DNA of 54,742 nt from sequence record SRR22947727_354; one strand, 5' to 3'. Below the pieces are notes generated by a model. That model made no database searches and was not told where the DNA came from. It saw only the letters and a program-made list of their open reading frames with translations. Below, one piece after another: positions 8,836-21,035 of this stretch. Every line of letters starts with the position of its first letter. Position 1 is the stretch's first letter. The position numbers were made by a program, and so were the translations under genes.

Positions 8836-10965
8836 TTACCGCCGCCGTCCACGCTTTTTAATTGGCGCGCCGGGGGTGCCAGCAGGAAACCCATGCCTTT
8901 CGGCGATGGCGGATGGAACCCCGGGTTCAAACAAACCAAGCTGGGTGGCTTCCATGCGGCGAATTTCATCGCGCAATCGTGCCGCTTCCTCAAATTCAAG
9001 ATTGGCCGCAGCGGCTTTCATATTGGTTTCAAGATCAGCAAGCACGGTTTTGAAATTGCTGCCGATCAGATCGCCTGATTTGGCACCCGCTTGCGGCGTT
9101 AGATGGTCACCACGTTCATAAACCGAATCCAGAACATCAGCGATGTCTTTGCGAACCGATTCAGGCGTAATGCCATGGGCTTTGTTATAGGCTGTTTGGC
9201 GCTCGCGCCGCCGGTTGGTTTCATCCAGCGCATATTGCATTGAATCGGTCACGCGGTCGCCGTAAAGGATAACACGGCCATCAAGATTTCGCGCGGCGCG
9301 CCCGATGGTCTGGATAAGTGACGTTCGCGACCGAAGATAGCCTTCCTTATCAGCGTCCAGAATACCGACAAGCGAACATTCGGGGATATCAAGCCCCTCA
9401 CGAAGCAGGTTAATGCCGATCAGCACATCAAATACGCCAAGGCGCAGATCGCGCATGATTTCGATCCGTTCAAGCGTATCAATGTCTGAATGTAGGTAGC
9501 GAACGCGCAATCCTGACTCATACATATATTCGGACAAGGCTTCGGCCATCTTTTTGGTCAGGGTCGTAATCAGCGCACGCTGACCCTTGGCGGCAACGTC
9601 ACGGCATTCGGCAATGATATCATCAACCTGATTGACCGTTGGCCGAACAATACAATCTGGATCAATCAATCCTGTTGGCCGCACCACCTGTTCACTAAAG
9701 ACACCGCCGGTTCGCTCTAGCTCCCATTTGCCCGGGGTGGCCGAAACAAAAATGGTTTGTGGCCTGAATCCTTCCCATTCTTCGAATTTCAAAGGCCGGT
9801 TATCAAGGCATGATGGCAACCTAAAGCCATAATTTGACAAGGTTGATTTGCGCGCAAAATCGCCCTTATACATCGCGCCAAGCTGGGGAACGGTGACATG
9901 GCTTTCATCAATGATCAAAAGTGCATTTTCTGGCAGATATTCAAACAGCGTTGGCGGTGGTTCGCCCGGCCCACGACCAGAAAGATAGCGCGAATAATTT
10001 TCAATTCCGGCACAAGCGCCCGTCGCCTCAATCATCTCAACATCAAATTGCGTGCGTTGTTCGATACGCTGGGCTTCGAGAAGCTGGTTATTGGCGGTGA
10101 ATTCGGCAATGCGGCTTTTGAGTTCCTGTTTGATCTGCTTGCAGGCCTGCTGCAAGGTTGGCCGCGGCGTCACATAATGCGAATTGGCGAAAATTGTGAT
10201 GCTGTCCAGTTTCGCATTTTTCGAACCAGTTAGCGGGTCAAATTCAAAAATGGCTTCGATCTCTTCGCCAAAAAGCGAAATGCGCCAGGCGCTATCTTCA
10301 AGATGCGCCGGAAATAATTCAACCGAGTCACCGCGAACTCGAAATGCGCCACGCACAAAATTTGTATCATTGCGGCGATATTGAAGCTCGGTCAGCTGGC
10401 GCAGCAAATCTTGTCGTGAGACCGTTTCACCAGCACTCAATTTCATCGTCATGCTGAAATAGGTTTCAACCGAACCAATGCCATAGATACATGATACCGA
10501 CGCGACAATGATAACATCGTCACGTTCAAGAAGGGCGCGGGTTGCCGAATGGCGCATCCGGTCAATCTGTTCATTGATTGACGATTCTTTTTCGATATAG
10601 GTATCGGATCTCGGCACATAGGCTTCGGGCTGGTAATAATCATAATAGGAAACGAAATATTCGACAGCATTATTGGGGAATAACGACTTCATCTCGCCAT
10701 AGAGCTGGGCGGCCAATGTTTTGTTTGGCGCTAGAATCAGCGTTGGCCGTTTGATCTGCTGGATGACATGCGCGGCCGTAAAGGTTTTGCCTGATCCTGT
10801 CACCCCAAGCAGAACCTGATCGCGTTCACCCGTTTGAATGCCTTCGATCAATTCGGCAATCGCAGTTGGCTGATCACCAGCCGGTTTAAATTCTGAGGTT
10901 AGGTCAAAATTTGCCGGGCCGCTTGATCGGGTGATGATCAAATTGTCGTTACTGGTTTCGTTCAT
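8836..10965 (-). CDS. uvrB: Excinuclease ABC subunit B
   Basis: [24 protein letters not shown] beta-hairpin, DESH, C-terminal UVR domain; ATG at 10965 chosen. Confidence 0.97.
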   Translation of the reverse strand: MNETSNDNLIITRSSGPANFDLTSEFKPAGDQPTAIAELIEGIQTGERDQVLLGVTGSGKTFTAAHVIQQIKRPTLILAPNKTLAAQLYGEMKSLFPNNAVEYFVSYYDYYQPEAYVPRSDTYIEKESSINEQIDRMRHSATRALLERDDVIIVASVSCIYGIGSVETYFSMTMKLSAGETVSRQDLLRQLTELQYRRNDTNFVRGAFRVRGDSVELFPAHLEDSAWRISLFGEEIEAIFEFDPLTGSKNAKLDSITIFANSHYVTPRPTLQQACKQIKQELKSRIAEFTANNQLLEAQRIEQRTQFDVEMIEATGACAGIENYSRYLSGRGPGEPPPTLFEYLPENALLIIDESHVTVPQLGAMYKGDFARKSTLSNYGFRLPSCLDNRPLKFEEWEGFRPQTIFVSATPGKWELERTGGVFSEQVVRPTGLIDPDCIVRPTVNQVDDIIAECRDVAAKGQRALITTLTKKMAEALSEYMYESGLRVRYLHSDIDTLERIEIMRDLRLGVFDVLIGINLLREGLDIPECSLVGILDADKEGYLRSRTSLIQTIGRAARNLDGRVILYGDRVTDSMQYALDETNRRRERQTAYNKAHGITPESVRKDIADVLDSVYERGDHLTPQAGAKSGDLIGSNFKTVLADLETNMKAAAANLEFEEAARLRDEIRRMEATQLGLFEPGVPSAIAERHGFPAGTPGAPIKKRGRRR

Positions 10966-11076
10966 GCCCCTAAGATAGGCATGTTCGCCCAAAGAAGAAA
11001 GGGGGCGCGGCGAAAAGCACTTGTCCTAAACCACAAAGCACCCCATAAATTTCAAAGGGAAAAGGAGACCGGATCA

Positions 11077-12279
11077 ATGGGCCTTATTTCGGACAGGCTA
11101 AACCGCATCGCGCCATCACCAACCGTGTCGATTACCGACATGGCATTGAATATGAAAGCTGCAGGCCGCAAGGTAATTGGGCTTGCTGCTGGTGAGCCTG
11201 ATTTTGATACGCCGCAGCATATCAAAGATGCTGCGAATGCGGCGATGAAAGCAGGCAAAACAAAATATACGCAAGTTGACGGTATCCCCGAATTGAAGCA
11301 AGCGATCTGCCGCAAATTTGCGCGTGAAAACAACGTTACCTTTACAGCGGATATGATTACGGTAAGCACCGGTGGCAAGCAGGTTTTGTTTAACGCGCTA
11401 ATGGCCAGTCTGAACCCAAGCGATGAAGTAATTATTCCAACACCTTACTGGGTTAGCTTTGCCGGCATTGTCGAAATTTGCGAGGCAAAACCGGTCTTTG
11501 TAAGGGGAAGCGGTGCCAATCCCATGAAGATTAGCGCCGAAGATCTGGAAGCGGCCATCACGCCAAATAGCAAATGGCTTATCCTGAACAGCCCGTCAAA
11601 CCCGGGCGGGGTTGGCTATGATGCGGATGATTTGATGGCGTTTGCCGCGGTCATGCGTCGCCACCCGCAATTGCATTTGATCAGTGACGATATCTATGAA
11701 CATCTGGTTTATGACGATTTCAAATTTGTGACCATGGCAACGATTGCGCCCGATCTGCAAGACCGTATTCTAACCGTCAATGGCGTGTCAAAATCCTATT
11801 GCATGACTGGCTGGCGTATTGGCTATGGCAGTGGGCCGGTGCCATTGATCAAGGCAATGGCAAAGGTGCAATCGCAATCAACATCAAGTCCAAATTCAAT
11901 GGCACAATATGCGGCGATTGCCGCACTGGACGGGCCGTTGGATTTCATGGCTGAAAACCGCGCTGCCTTTGCCCGTCGTCGCCAGCTTGTTTGTGAAGCG
12001 CTGAACAAAATTGACGGGATTGATTGCCCGCTTCCCGATGGGGCTTTTTATGTCTATCCCTCGATTGCCAAATTGATTGGGAAAAAGCGGCCTGATGGTA
12101 AAATTATCGAAAGCGATAGCGATTTTGTCAGCTATCTTCTTGAGGCGGGTGAAGTGGCGGTGGTGCCGGGAGTTGCGTTTGGTCTGTCGCCCTATTTCCG
12201 AATCTCATATGCCGCGGCGGATGATGTTTTGGCCGATGCGATGCAAAGAATTGCGAAAGTAACCGCCAGCCTGTCGTGA
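11077..12279 (+). CDS. Aspartate aminotransferase (class I PLP-dependent)
   Basis: AGGAG RBS and ATG 11077; GEPDFDTP, NSPSNP, DDIYE, GVSKSYCMTGWRIG. Confidence 0.92.
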   Translation: MGLISDRLNRIAPSPTVSITDMALNMKAAGRKVIGLAAGEPDFDTPQHIKDAANAAMKAGKTKYTQVDGIPELKQAICRKFARENNVTFTADMITVSTGGKQVLFNALMASLNPSDEVIIPTPYWVSFAGIVEICEAKPVFVRGSGANPMKISAEDLEAAITPNSKWLILNSPSNPGGVGYDADDLMAFAAVMRRHPQLHLISDDIYEHLVYDDFKFVTMATIAPDLQDRILTVNGVSKSYCMTGWRIGYGSGPVPLIKAMAKVQSQSTSSPNSMAQYAAIAALDGPLDFMAENRAAFARRRQLVCEALNKIDGIDCPLPDGAFYVYPSIAKLIGKKRPDGKIIESDSDFVSYLLEAGEVAVVPGVAFGLSPYFRISYAAADDVLADAMQRIAKVTASLS

Positions 12280-12391
12280 GATATCTGATGTCACGATCGG
12301 CGCAGGTGCCGCAAGATTATGCCGCATCTTTGCCATATTGACCCGGTAGACATAGAGATCACCAAAGCCTTATCGCCGAAGGAGATAGCTA

Positions 12392-13369
12392 ATGCTGATC
12401 AAAAAACGCCCAAGCTGGGCTATGGCTGAAGCTGATGCAACATCTGAACATATCTACCTCAACCGCCGAGAATGGCTTCGCGCTGCAGGCTTTGCCGGTC
12501 TTGGACTAACGACGGCCTTGACTGGTGTTAGCGGGTTTGCGGCGGCGGCGGTTGCTGCCATCGAAGGATATCCAGCGCCGCGCAATATGGCCTATCGGCT
12601 AGACCGCGATATTACACCCGAAGATGATGCAACAACCTATACGAATTTCTATGAATTTGGATCATCAAAGAATATCTGGAAACGGGCGCAAAAGCTGGTT
12701 ACCGATCCATGGATGGTCACAATTGACGGCTTGGTTGAAACTGAAATGCAGCTTGATGCCGAAGATTTGATTGCCAAGGCAGGCGGGTTGGAAGAACGCC
12801 TTTACCGGCATCGCTGTGTTGAGGCATGGGCGATGGCGGTGCCGTGGAGCGGGGTACCATTGGCCAATTTGGTCAAACTGGCAAAGCCAAAGCCCGAAGC
12901 CAAATATTTGCAAATGGAAACCTTCCTTGACCCATCAATTGCCCCCGGGCAAAAGCAAAGCTGGTATCCATGGCCCTATGTTGAGGGGCTAACCCTTGCC
13001 GAAGCCACAAATGAACTGGCCTTTTTGGCAACCGGCATTTACGGCAAGCCAATGCCAGCGCAGAACGGTGCGCCAATCCGGTTGGTGACACCGTGGAAAT
13101 ATGGATTTAAATCGGTCAAATCAATTACGCGCTTTACCTTTACCGACAAACAGCCCGTGTCTTTTTGGGAACAGTTGAATGGGAATGAATATGGATTTTG
13201 GGCGAATGTGAATCCCGATGTGCCGCATCCGCGTTGGCCGCAAAAAACCGAACGGCTGCTTGGTAGTAATAAGAATGTAAGAACGCAAATCTATAACGGA
13301 TATGCTGAACAGGTTGCCGGTCTTTATGACGGGATGTTCCCAAATGATGGCCGCAAATTATTTCACTGA
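12392..13369 (+). CDS. msrP: Periplasmic protein-methionine-sulfoxide reductase catalytic subunit
   Basis: Tat motif NRREWL; NFYEFG, RHRCVEAW (Moco Cys), QNGAPIRLVTPWKYGFKS, EYGFWANVNP. Confidence 0.95.
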   Translation: MLIKKRPSWAMAEADATSEHIYLNRREWLRAAGFAGLGLTTALTGVSGFAAAAVAAIEGYPAPRNMAYRLDRDITPEDDATTYTNFYEFGSSKNIWKRAQKLVTDPWMVTIDGLVETEMQLDAEDLIAKAGGLEERLYRHRCVEAWAMAVPWSGVPLANLVKLAKPKPEAKYLQMETFLDPSIAPGQKQSWYPWPYVEGLTLAEATNELAFLATGIYGKPMPAQNGAPIRLVTPWKYGFKSVKSITRFTFTDKQPVSFWEQLNGNEYGFWANVNPDVPHPRWPQKTERLLGSNKNVRTQIYNGYAEQVAGLYDGMFPNDGRKLFH

Positions 13370-13414
13370 TTACTTTTTATTTCACCAATTACCTTTGGCG
13401 CGGATGACGGCACT

Positions 13415-14524
13415 TTAGCTGTTAAGCCGCGCCAAAACCGATTTTACAATCGCGGGCATTTCAACAAGCGGGGTAAAGCCGTCTTGCGGAAGCTGGTCGC
13501 GCATTGGAGCAATATGCCCCGCTGCCATCATCGCATCATGAAATGCGCCAATCCGACCGGTCTCGCTTTGCCATTCGGCAATCAGAACTGGCAGGCCGGT
13601 GATTGTCGCCTCAGAAATCATATTGACCGAATCAGATGTAGCAATCACCGCATCAACGAGCCCCAAAATTCCCGGATAGGGATTGTTTTCGGCCTGATCC
13701 ATGACTGCATAGGGCAATGACCCAAGCGCGGCAGTAAGCTGGGTCACAAGATTAGCTGGTGTGCGCCGTGATGGGATGAGCGCAAGGCTAGCCCCTGTTT
13801 TGGTGGCAAAATCGGCAAGCCGTTTTGCCATATCCTTTGCCATCATCGCCGAAACCCCATAGCGACGGTTGGTTCCGCCAAGCAGCACCGCCACGCGCGG
13901 CGCGGGAAGGGCGTGCCATTTCTCATTAAGCTGACTTGCCGCATCGGCGATCTTGGACATATCAAGACGGTTTAACGATGCTAGGCTTGTCACAACATTT
14001 GCGCCGCGTGCAGGATCATGTTTGGGCACGATCAAAATATCAAAATAATGCGGCGGCAAGCGCGGATCTTGAATATGGATTGTACGGGTGCCAACCGCAT
14101 ATGCCTTTGAAAGCCGGTTAAGCGCAATCGACGTTCCCGCCATGCGCCGACCGCAAGTGATGATAATTGCCGGTTTGTCCTTGTTTAGGCGACCCCCAAT
14201 TGACCCAAGCCATGGTGATAACAATGCCTTTGGCAGGAAAGGAACAAGCCGCGGCAAATGCCGAAGCCACCAAGACGGTTTGATGACGATATCGGCAAGG
14301 CTGGTCTGGTTTGTTATGTTGGTGGCGATCAACGCCTCCCCAAGCGCAATTGCCTGCAGCCGCATGCCTGCCGTGCCATCGCTAATCACCCAAATCTGGG
14401 GTTTTTTACCATTGGTTTCGGCGGTTTTGCCCAAAGGGGGCAAAGGGATGGATGTGGGCAAGGCGATGTCTCCATCTTGGTTGGGTTGATAACTATAAGT
14501 AACTTGAGCGCAGTCTTCAGGCAA
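13415..14524 (-). CDS. ELM1/GtrOC1-family protein (mitochondrial fission ELM1-like; start uncertain)
   Basis: WVISDGTAGM, IHIQDPR, IVPKHD, VLLGG, NPYPGILG, TSDSVNMISEA motifs. Confidence 0.85.
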   Translation of the reverse strand: MPEDCAQVTYSYQPNQDGDIALPTSIPLPPLGKTAETNGKKPQIWVISDGTAGMRLQAIALGEALIATNITNQTSLADIVIKPSWWLRHLPRLVPFLPKALLSPWLGSIGGRLNKDKPAIIITCGRRMAGTSIALNRLSKAYAVGTRTIHIQDPRLPPHYFDILIVPKHDPARGANVVTSLASLNRLDMSKIADAASQLNEKWHALPAPRVAVLLGGTNRRYGVSAMMAKDMAKRLADFATKTGASLALIPSRRTPANLVTQLTAALGSLPYAVMDQAENNPYPGILGLVDAVIATSDSVNMISEATITGLPVLIAEWQSETGRIGAFHDAMMAAGHIAPMRDQLPQDGFTPLVEMPAIVKSVLARLNS

Positions 14525-14616
14525 TAATATTACGCAATATCGCTTGTCGAATGATGTGTGGCGCGTCTATTATGCAGGCCGTAACGTAACGCTTTATCAC
14601 TGCTGGCGCTGTATTT

Positions 14617-15096
14617 ATGGCTGAAAAAATCAAACTGGACTCGGTTGATCGACAAATTTTGCATGATTTGCAAGATCATGGACGCATGACGAATGTCGAT
14701 CTTGCCAAAAATGCCGGTATTTCGGCACCGCCATGCCTTCGGCGGGTTCGCGCGCTGGAAGATGCGGGTATTATCAAAGGCTATCATGCCGACATTGATT
14801 CGGACGCGCTTGGCTATAGCGTTCAGGTATTTGCCTTTGTCGGGCTGACCAGCCAGGCCGAAACCGATTTGCAGGATTTTGAAACGCTGGTATCGACATG
14901 GCCGCAAGTGCGCGAATGCCATATGCTGATGGGTGAAACCGATTTTCTATTGAAAATCGTTGCGCATGATTGGGATGATTTCCAGAAATTCCTGACCAGC
15001 CATCTGACTCCAGCAAAAAATGTCAGCCATGTGAAAACCGCCTTGTCGATCCGGTCGGCAAAACAGCTTGTTGGCGTGCCAATCAGCCAAACCTAG
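14617..15096 (+). CDS. Lrp/AsnC-family transcriptional regulator
   Basis: LDSVDRQIL...SAPPCLRRVRALE HTH; ECHMLMGETDFLLKI. Confidence 0.93.
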   Translation: MAEKIKLDSVDRQILHDLQDHGRMTNVDLAKNAGISAPPCLRRVRALEDAGIIKGYHADIDSDALGYSVQVFAFVGLTSQAETDLQDFETLVSTWPQVRECHMLMGETDFLLKIVAHDWDDFQKFLTSHLTPAKNVSHVKTALSIRSAKQLVGVPISQT

Positions 15097-15128
15097 AGCC
15101 TGCCAAACCTAGCAACCGCCAAGCCTAG
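15086..15128 (+). repeat. Three copies of GCCAA(A/G)CCTAG at 16-bp period; the first contains the Lrp gene stop codon
   Basis: Copies at 15086, 15102, 15118. Confidence 0.8.
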
Positions 15129-15158
15129 TTCGGTTTTGCTCAAGCTTGGTTGATTTTC

Positions 15159-15647
15159 CTAAACCTTGGTGATGTCAAACAAGGCGATTGACAATATCTC
15201 ATAAGACCGCACGCCGCCCGGGGTTTGCACCTCAACCGAGTCACCAACGCTTTTGCCAATGACGGCCCGCGCAATAGGTGATGATGTTGAAATCATGCGT
15301 TTGGAAATATCGGTCTCGTAAGGCCCGACAATATGATAAAGCGCTTCTTCGTCGGTTTCTTCGTCAACAACACCAACGCTTGTGCCGAATGTCACTTTTT
15401 CGCCATTTAACTTATCGGCATCGATAACTTCAGCGCGGCTTGTCACATCTTCAAGCTCGGAAATACGCCCTTCGATGAATGACTGTTTTTCACGCGCAGC
15501 GTGATATTCGGCGTTTTCCGACAGATCACCATGTTCGCGGGCAACGGCAATGGCATTAATCACTGCCTGACGCTCGGTGCCTTTGAGGTGCGCAAGCTCT
15601 TCTTTAATGACATCCAGCCCCTGTGGGGTGAAAGGTATTTTTTCCAT
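15159..15647 (-). CDS. greA: Transcription elongation factor GreA
   Basis: AREHGDLSENAEYHAARE motif. Confidence 0.97.
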   Translation of the reverse strand: MEKIPFTPQGLDVIKEELAHLKGTERQAVINAIAVAREHGDLSENAEYHAAREKQSFIEGRISELEDVTSRAEVIDADKLNGEKVTFGTSVGVVDEETDEEALYHIVGPYETDISKRMISTSSPIARAVIGKSVGDSVEVQTPGGVRSYEILSIALFDITKV

Positions 15648-15715
15648 CGTTTTACAAATCCATTTACGCGAGCCGCGAAGCGGCGTTACCCAATAGTATT
15701 ACCGTAGGTTAACGG

Positions 15716-18700
15716 TTAACGCTTAATATCTGCAAGATAATCCTGCAAGGTGCGAACACCAAGCTGTCCTTGACGAAGGGCGCGAATGGCTTCAGCCGCG
15801 GCGCGGCTTCCAGAAACCGTTGTGTAATAGGGGATTTTATTGGTGAGGGCATTATGCCGAAGCGAGAAGGAATCCTTGATAGCCCCAGCACCCTTGGCGG
15901 TGTTGAAAACAAGCTGAATTTCGCCAGACAGCATCGCATCAACAGCATGTGGCCTGCCTTCCATCACCTTATTGATCCGTGTTGCCGGAACCCCTGCCGC
16001 GTTCAAAGCATCGGTAGTACCGCCGGTTGCCAGAATCTTAAAGCCGTCTTCGACAAGGTTTTGGCAAATTTCGACAAAGGCTTGTTTGTCTTCATCCTTG
16101 ACCGAAATAAAGACAGTGCCTGATAGCGGCAAATCAACACCGGCCCCTTGCTGACTTTTGGCAAATGCCGCGCCAAAGCTGCGGTCAATGCCCATGACCT
16201 CGCCCGTTGATTTCATTTCAGGGCCAAGGAACACATCAACACCGGGGAAGCGGGCAAACGGGAAAACCGCTTCTTTCACAGCGACATGCGGCAAATCAAG
16301 ATCCTTGAGATTAAAGCTTGCCAGCTTTTCACCAGCCATCACGCGTGAGGCGATTTTGGCAAGCGGAACGCCGGTGGTTTTCGCCACAAACGGCACCGTG
16401 CGGCTGCCGCGCGGATTCACCTCAAGAAGATAGATCTTATCTTCGCGGATGGCGAATTGGATATTCATCAAACCGACAACATTCAAAGCAAAGGCAAGCG
16501 CGGAGGTTTGGCGGCGAATTTCAGCAAGAATTTCGTCAGACAAATGCTGTGGCGGTAACGAACAAGCCGAATCGCCGGAATGAATACCAGCTTCTTCGAT
16601 ATGTTCCATGATGCCACCAATATAGACATCAGTACCATCGCATAGCGCATCGACATCAACTTCGATAGCATTGTTGAGAAAACGGTCAATCAAGACAGGG
16701 TTGGTTCCCGATACAACAACGGCATCACGCATGTAGCGTTCAAGGTCGGTGATCTGGTGAACGACTTCCATCGCCCGCCCACCAAGAACATAGGATGGCC
16801 GGATGACAACCGGCAGGCCAATACGGTCAACAATTGCGCGGGCTTCTTCAGCCGAATGGGCGATGCCATTTTCGGGCTGCAACAGGTCCAGCTTTTGCAA
16901 TAGTTTTTGAAAACGTTCACGGTCTTCGGCAAGGTCGATTGCATCCGGGCTGGTGCCAAGGATGGGGATCCCTTCGGCTTCCAAGGCGGCGGCGATTTTC
17001 AGCGGTGTTTGCCCACCAAGCTGGACGATCACACCGCGCAAATCGCCATTTTCGGCCTCGCGCTTGATAACCGAAATCACATCTTCGTCGGTCAAAGGTT
17101 CAAAATACAGCCGGTCGGACGTGTCATAATCGGTTGAAACCGTTTCCGGGTTACAATTGATCATGATGGTTTCATAGCCTGCCTCGGACAGCGCATAGCA
17201 AGCATGAACACAGCAATAGTCAAATTCGATTCCCTGACCAATCCGGTTTGGCCCGCCGCCAAGGATGACAATTTTTTTCCGGTCGCTTGGGTCAGATTCG
17301 CATTCGGCCTGATCGGTGACTTCATAGGTTGAATACATATAGGCGGTATCAGATGCAAATTCGGCAGCGCAAGTATCAATCCGCTTATAGACAGGTTTGA
17401 CCCCTGCGGTTACGCGCATCGCCCGAACCGTGGTAACATCAAGATTGGCAAGTTCGGCAAGGCGGCTATCGGCAAAGCCAAGTGATTTCAGATGGCGAAG
17501 CGATACCGCATCATCTGGCAAACCATTATCAATGACGGCGTTTTCAGCCTCAATGATGGCTGCAATCCGCTCCAGAAACCAGATATCCCAGCTTGTTGCG
17601 CTATGCACTTCGGCAATTGACATGCCGCTTCGCAATGCCATCGCAATGCGTAAAATCCGGTTTGGAACCAGCTCGCCAAGCCAGCCGCGAAGCGGGTCTT
17701 CGCCAAGCGCGCTATCAGGTGCCGGCATATCGACATTATTCAAACCGGTTAGGCCAATTTCCATTGAGCGAAGCGCTTTTTGCAGACTTTCTTCAAATGA
17801 CCGGCCAACCGCCATGGCCTCGCCAACCGACTTCATCGAGGTCGAAAGATTCTGTTCGGCACCGGCAAATTTTTCAAAGGTAAAGCGCGGGATTTTGGTC
17901 ACAACATAGTCAATGGTTGGCTCAAAACTGGCCGGGGTGACGCCGGTAATGTCATTGGCCAGCTCGTCAAGCCGATACCCAACCGCCAATTTGGCAGCGA
18001 CTTTGGCAATCGGAAAACCGGTTGCTTTTGAGGCAAGAGCTGACGAACGGCTGACGCGCGGGTTCATCTCGATCACAATGACACGGCCGGTGTTTGGGCA
18101 AACGGCAAATTGCACATTTGACCCGCCAGTATCGACGCCAATTTCACGAAGCACCGCCAATGACGCATCACGAAGTACTTGATATTCCTTGTCGGTCAGG
18201 GTCAGCGCGGGGGCAACGGTAAGCGAATCGCCAGTATGGACACCCATCGGATCAATATTCTCGATTGAACAGATGATGATGCAATTATCGGTCGTGTCGC
18301 GCACAACCTCCATCTCAAATTCTTTCCAGCCAAGAAGCGATTCTTCGATCAGCACTTCTGACACTGGCGACAGGCGAAGACCATTGCCAACGATGGTTTC
18401 AAATTCGGCGCGGTTATAAGCAATACCGCCACCTTCGCCACCAAGGGTGAAAGATGGACGAATAATCGCTGGCAAACCAACTTTATCAAGGGCAGCCAGC
18501 GCATCGGCGAAATTATTGACCGTGCTGGCGCGGGCGCATTCAAGCCCGATCCGTTCCATCGCCAGACGGAATAATTCGCGGTCTTCGGCCATTTCGATTG
18601 AGGCAGTTCGGGCGCCAATCATTTCAACGCCGTATTTTTCCAAAGTGCCGTCATTATAAAGTGAAAGCGCGGTATTCAGCGCGGTTTGGCCGCCCATTGT

Positions 18701-18964
18701 CGGCAACAGCGCATCGGGGCGCTCGGCTTCGATGATTTTGGCAACGGTGCCTGGGGTGATTGGCTCGATATAGGTGGCATCGGCCATGTCCGGATCAGTC
18801 ATGATCGTTGCTGGATTGGAATTGACCAGAATGATGTGATAGCCATCGGCCTTCAGTGCCTTACAGGCCTGTGCGCCAGAATAGTCGAATTCGCAGGCCT
18901 GCCCGATAATAATGGGGCCGGCGCCGATAATGAGAATAGATTTAATATCGTTGCGGCGCGGCAT
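15716..18964 (-). CDS. carB: Carbamoyl-phosphate synthase large subunit
   Basis: [17 protein letters not shown], duplicated ATP-grasp domains, C-terminal MGS domain. Confidence 0.98.
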   Translation of the reverse strand: MPRRNDIKSILIIGAGPIIIGQACEFDYSGAQACKALKADGYHIILVNSNPATIMTDPDMADATYIEPITPGTVAKIIEAERPDALLPTMGGQTALNTALSLYNDGTLEKYGVEMIGARTASIEMAEDRELFRLAMERIGLECARASTVNNFADALAALDKVGLPAIIRPSFTLGGEGGGIAYNRAEFETIVGNGLRLSPVSEVLIEESLLGWKEFEMEVVRDTTDNCIIICSIENIDPMGVHTGDSLTVAPALTLTDKEYQVLRDASLAVLREIGVDTGGSNVQFAVCPNTGRVIVIEMNPRVSRSSALASKATGFPIAKVAAKLAVGYRLDELANDITGVTPASFEPTIDYVVTKIPRFTFEKFAGAEQNLSTSMKSVGEAMAVGRSFEESLQKALRSMEIGLTGLNNVDMPAPDSALGEDPLRGWLGELVPNRILRIAMALRSGMSIAEVHSATSWDIWFLERIAAIIEAENAVIDNGLPDDAVSLRHLKSLGFADSRLAELANLDVTTVRAMRVTAGVKPVYKRIDTCAAEFASDTAYMYSTYEVTDQAECESDPSDRKKIVILGGGPNRIGQGIEFDYCCVHACYALSEAGYETIMINCNPETVSTDYDTSDRLYFEPLTDEDVISVIKREAENGDLRGVIVQLGGQTPLKIAAALEAEGIPILGTSPDAIDLAEDRERFQKLLQKLDLLQPENGIAHSAEEARAIVDRIGLPVVIRPSYVLGGRAMEVVHQITDLERYMRDAVVVSGTNPVLIDRFLNNAIEVDVDALCDGTDVYIGGIMEHIEEAGIHSGDSACSLPPQHLSDEILAEIRRQTSALAFALNVVGLMNIQFAIREDKIYLLEVNPRGSRTVPFVAKTTGVPLAKIASRVMAGEKLASFNLKDLDLPHVAVKEAVFPFARFPGVDVFLGPEMKSTGEVMGIDRSFGAAFAKSQQGAGVDLPLSGTVFISVKDEDKQAFVEICQNLVEDGFKILATGGTTDALNAAGVPATRINKVMEGRPHAVDAMLSGEIQLVFNTAKGAGAIKDSFSLRHNALTNKIPYYTTVSGSRAAAEAIRALRQGQLGVRTLQDYLADIKR

Positions 18965-18967
18965 ATC

Positions 18968-20161
18968 TTAAGCTCTCGTTTTTTCCATCAGGTCGATAAA
19001 TCGTTCAAACAGATACCGCGAATCATGTGGTCCGGGTGATGATTCGGGGTGATATTGAACACAAAAGGCAGGTTTGCTGGAATGGCGCAGCCCTTCGACC
19101 GATTGATCGAACAGCGAAATATGCGACACTTCCAATTCGGCAGGCAGGCTGTCTGGATCGACCACAAACCCATGATTCTGGCTGGTGATCTCGATCTTGC
19201 CAGTGGCAAGGTCTTTGACCGGATGATTGGCACCGCGATGGCCACGGTTCATTTTGTGGGTTTTGGCACCAAGCGCCAGGGCCATAAGCTGATGACCAAT
19301 ACAAATGCCAAAAACCGGCATATTTTGATCAATCAGCTTGGCAATCTGCGGGCCAGCATAAGCGGCGGTTGCAGCTGGATCACCCGGGCCATTTGATAAA
19401 AACACCCCGTCTGGTTGCAAAGCCATAATTTCGTCAGCTGTTGCGTTAGCTGGCACAACATGAACCGCACAGCCGGCGTCTTCAAGGCTACGCAAAATAT
19501 TGTGTTTGCAGCCAAAATCCATGGCCACAACTTTATATTTGGATGGGGTTTCAAGGTGAGCTGATTTGTCCATCTGCCAGCTTCCCTGATGCCAATCATG
19601 TGGATTGTCACAGGTGACATCAACTGCAAGATCCATGTTTTTCAGGCCAGGCCATGCGACGGCCTGTGCCTTTAGCGCGTCAACATCAATGTTGCCATCA
19701 GGCGCGTAACATAAAGCGCCGCGCGGTGCGCCAAGATCACGGATGCGGCGGGTTAGCGCGCGCGTGTCAATGCCGCTAATGCCGGGCAGATTATGTATTT
19801 TCAGCCAGCTATCAAGATCGCTTGTTGCCCGCCAGCTTGCCGGATTGGTGACGGCTTGCCGAACGATCAATCCCAAGGCAGATGGCGTAATGGTCTCGAA
19901 ATCCTGATCATTAGCGCCAACATTGCCAATATGCGGAAAGGTAAAGGTGATGATCTGTCCGGCATAGGAAGGATCGGTCAGAATTTCCTGATAGCCAGTC
20001 ATCGATGTGTTGAAACATATTTCGCCAACATTGGTGGTGGCGGCACCGAATCCATAGCCGGTGAAGACAGATCCATCTTCAAGAACGAGGGCTGCTGTCG
20101 GGTTATCCCGATTGGCGCGAAGCGCAGCAAAATACTGGCCAGACTTGATTTTCTGCCCCAT
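18968..20161 (-). CDS. carA: Carbamoyl-phosphate synthase small subunit
   Basis: FNTSMTGYQEILTDPSY, SNGPGDP, GICIGHQ, QYHPE. Confidence 0.98.
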   Translation of the reverse strand: MGQKIKSGQYFAALRANRDNPTAALVLEDGSVFTGYGFGAATTNVGEICFNTSMTGYQEILTDPSYAGQIITFTFPHIGNVGANDQDFETITPSALGLIVRQAVTNPASWRATSDLDSWLKIHNLPGISGIDTRALTRRIRDLGAPRGALCYAPDGNIDVDALKAQAVAWPGLKNMDLAVDVTCDNPHDWHQGSWQMDKSAHLETPSKYKVVAMDFGCKHNILRSLEDAGCAVHVVPANATADEIMALQPDGVFLSNGPGDPAATAAYAGPQIAKLIDQNMPVFGICIGHQLMALALGAKTHKMNRGHRGANHPVKDLATGKIEITSQNHGFVVDPDSLPAELEVSHISLFDQSVEGLRHSSKPAFCVQYHPESSPGPHDSRYLFERFIDLMEKTRA

Positions 20162-20222
20162 TTGATCCCATATCCTGTTATAAGAAACCCGCTAGCAAAC
20201 CAACGTCTGCCAAGCGGCTGTT

Positions 20223-20251
20223 GTCTTACCCGAGCAGACGCCATTGGTCAA
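20223..20251 (-). promoter_or_regulatory. Putative sigma70 promoter of carAB-greA
   Basis: TTGACC-N17-TAAGAC on the minus strand, about 60 bp upstream of carA. Confidence 0.5.
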
Positions 20252-20351
20252 GCCAAAGCAGGAGGGCTTGCGGCATTTGCTTTAGTCGCGTAAAAGCGCG
20301 ACGTTTGGTTGGGGCGATACCTCGATTGGTTTCATAAAGGATTACATTCTC

Positions 20352-20813
20352 ATGCGCGAAAATATTGCAGCAGCAATGAAGCAGGCATTAAAGGATAAAG
20401 ATCAGGCAGCACTAGGCACGATGCGGCTTATCATGGCTGCCCTGAAAGATCGTGACATCGCTGCAAGAGGCAATGGCAATCCTGATGGCATCAGCGATGA
20501 TGATATCCTTGGCCTGTTACAGACAATGATCAAGCAACGCACCGAATCAGCAAAAATGTATAATGATGGTGGGCGTCCCGAACTGGCCGCCGCTGAAGAA
20601 GCCGAAATTGCCATCATCAAAGAATTTTTGCCAGCCCAGCTAAGTGATGATGAAATGAGCGCGGCAATTGCCGCTGCCATCGAACAGACAGGCGCAGCAT
20701 CGGTTAAGGATATGGGACAGGTCATGGGCTTTTTGAAAAGCAATTACGCTGGCCAGATGGATTTTTCGGCTGCCAGTCAGGCGGTCAAGACAGCCCTGAT
20801 GGGAAAAGGCTGA
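20352..20813 (+). CDS. GatB/YqeY domain protein
   Basis: AMKQALKDKD...RLIMAALKD, MIKQRTES, DMGQVMG. Confidence 0.93.
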   Translation: MRENIAAAMKQALKDKDQAALGTMRLIMAALKDRDIAARGNGNPDGISDDDILGLLQTMIKQRTESAKMYNDGGRPELAAAEEAEIAIIKEFLPAQLSDDEMSAAIAAAIEQTGAASVKDMGQVMGFLKSNYAGQMDFSAASQAVKTALMGKG

Positions 20814-21035
20814 TTGGTCTTTTGACCCTGCCGAAGATTCTCGTTATTCGTTGCGGTATTCGGTACAGTTTTGCGGCATTCTGATCATGCTTGCCTGCTG
20901 CCATATTAATCGGCCTTGCCCAAATTTGGTGGTTTTGACGCCCGGGTTTATGTTATCGGTAACCCATGGTTGCTGGCGAACAGTGACCCCATCACTGAAC
21001 CCCTTTTGCTGACCAACCAAGCGGAGCTTTGAATT

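Noticed and set aside
8836-8930. Basic Pro/Gly-rich C-terminal extension of UvrB
   Set aside because: Such tails are common in alphaproteobacterial UvrB.
10960-10990. LexA box upstream of uvrB
   Set aside because: The two GTTC half-sites are 19 bp apart, not the alphaproteobacterial GTTC-N7-GTTC.
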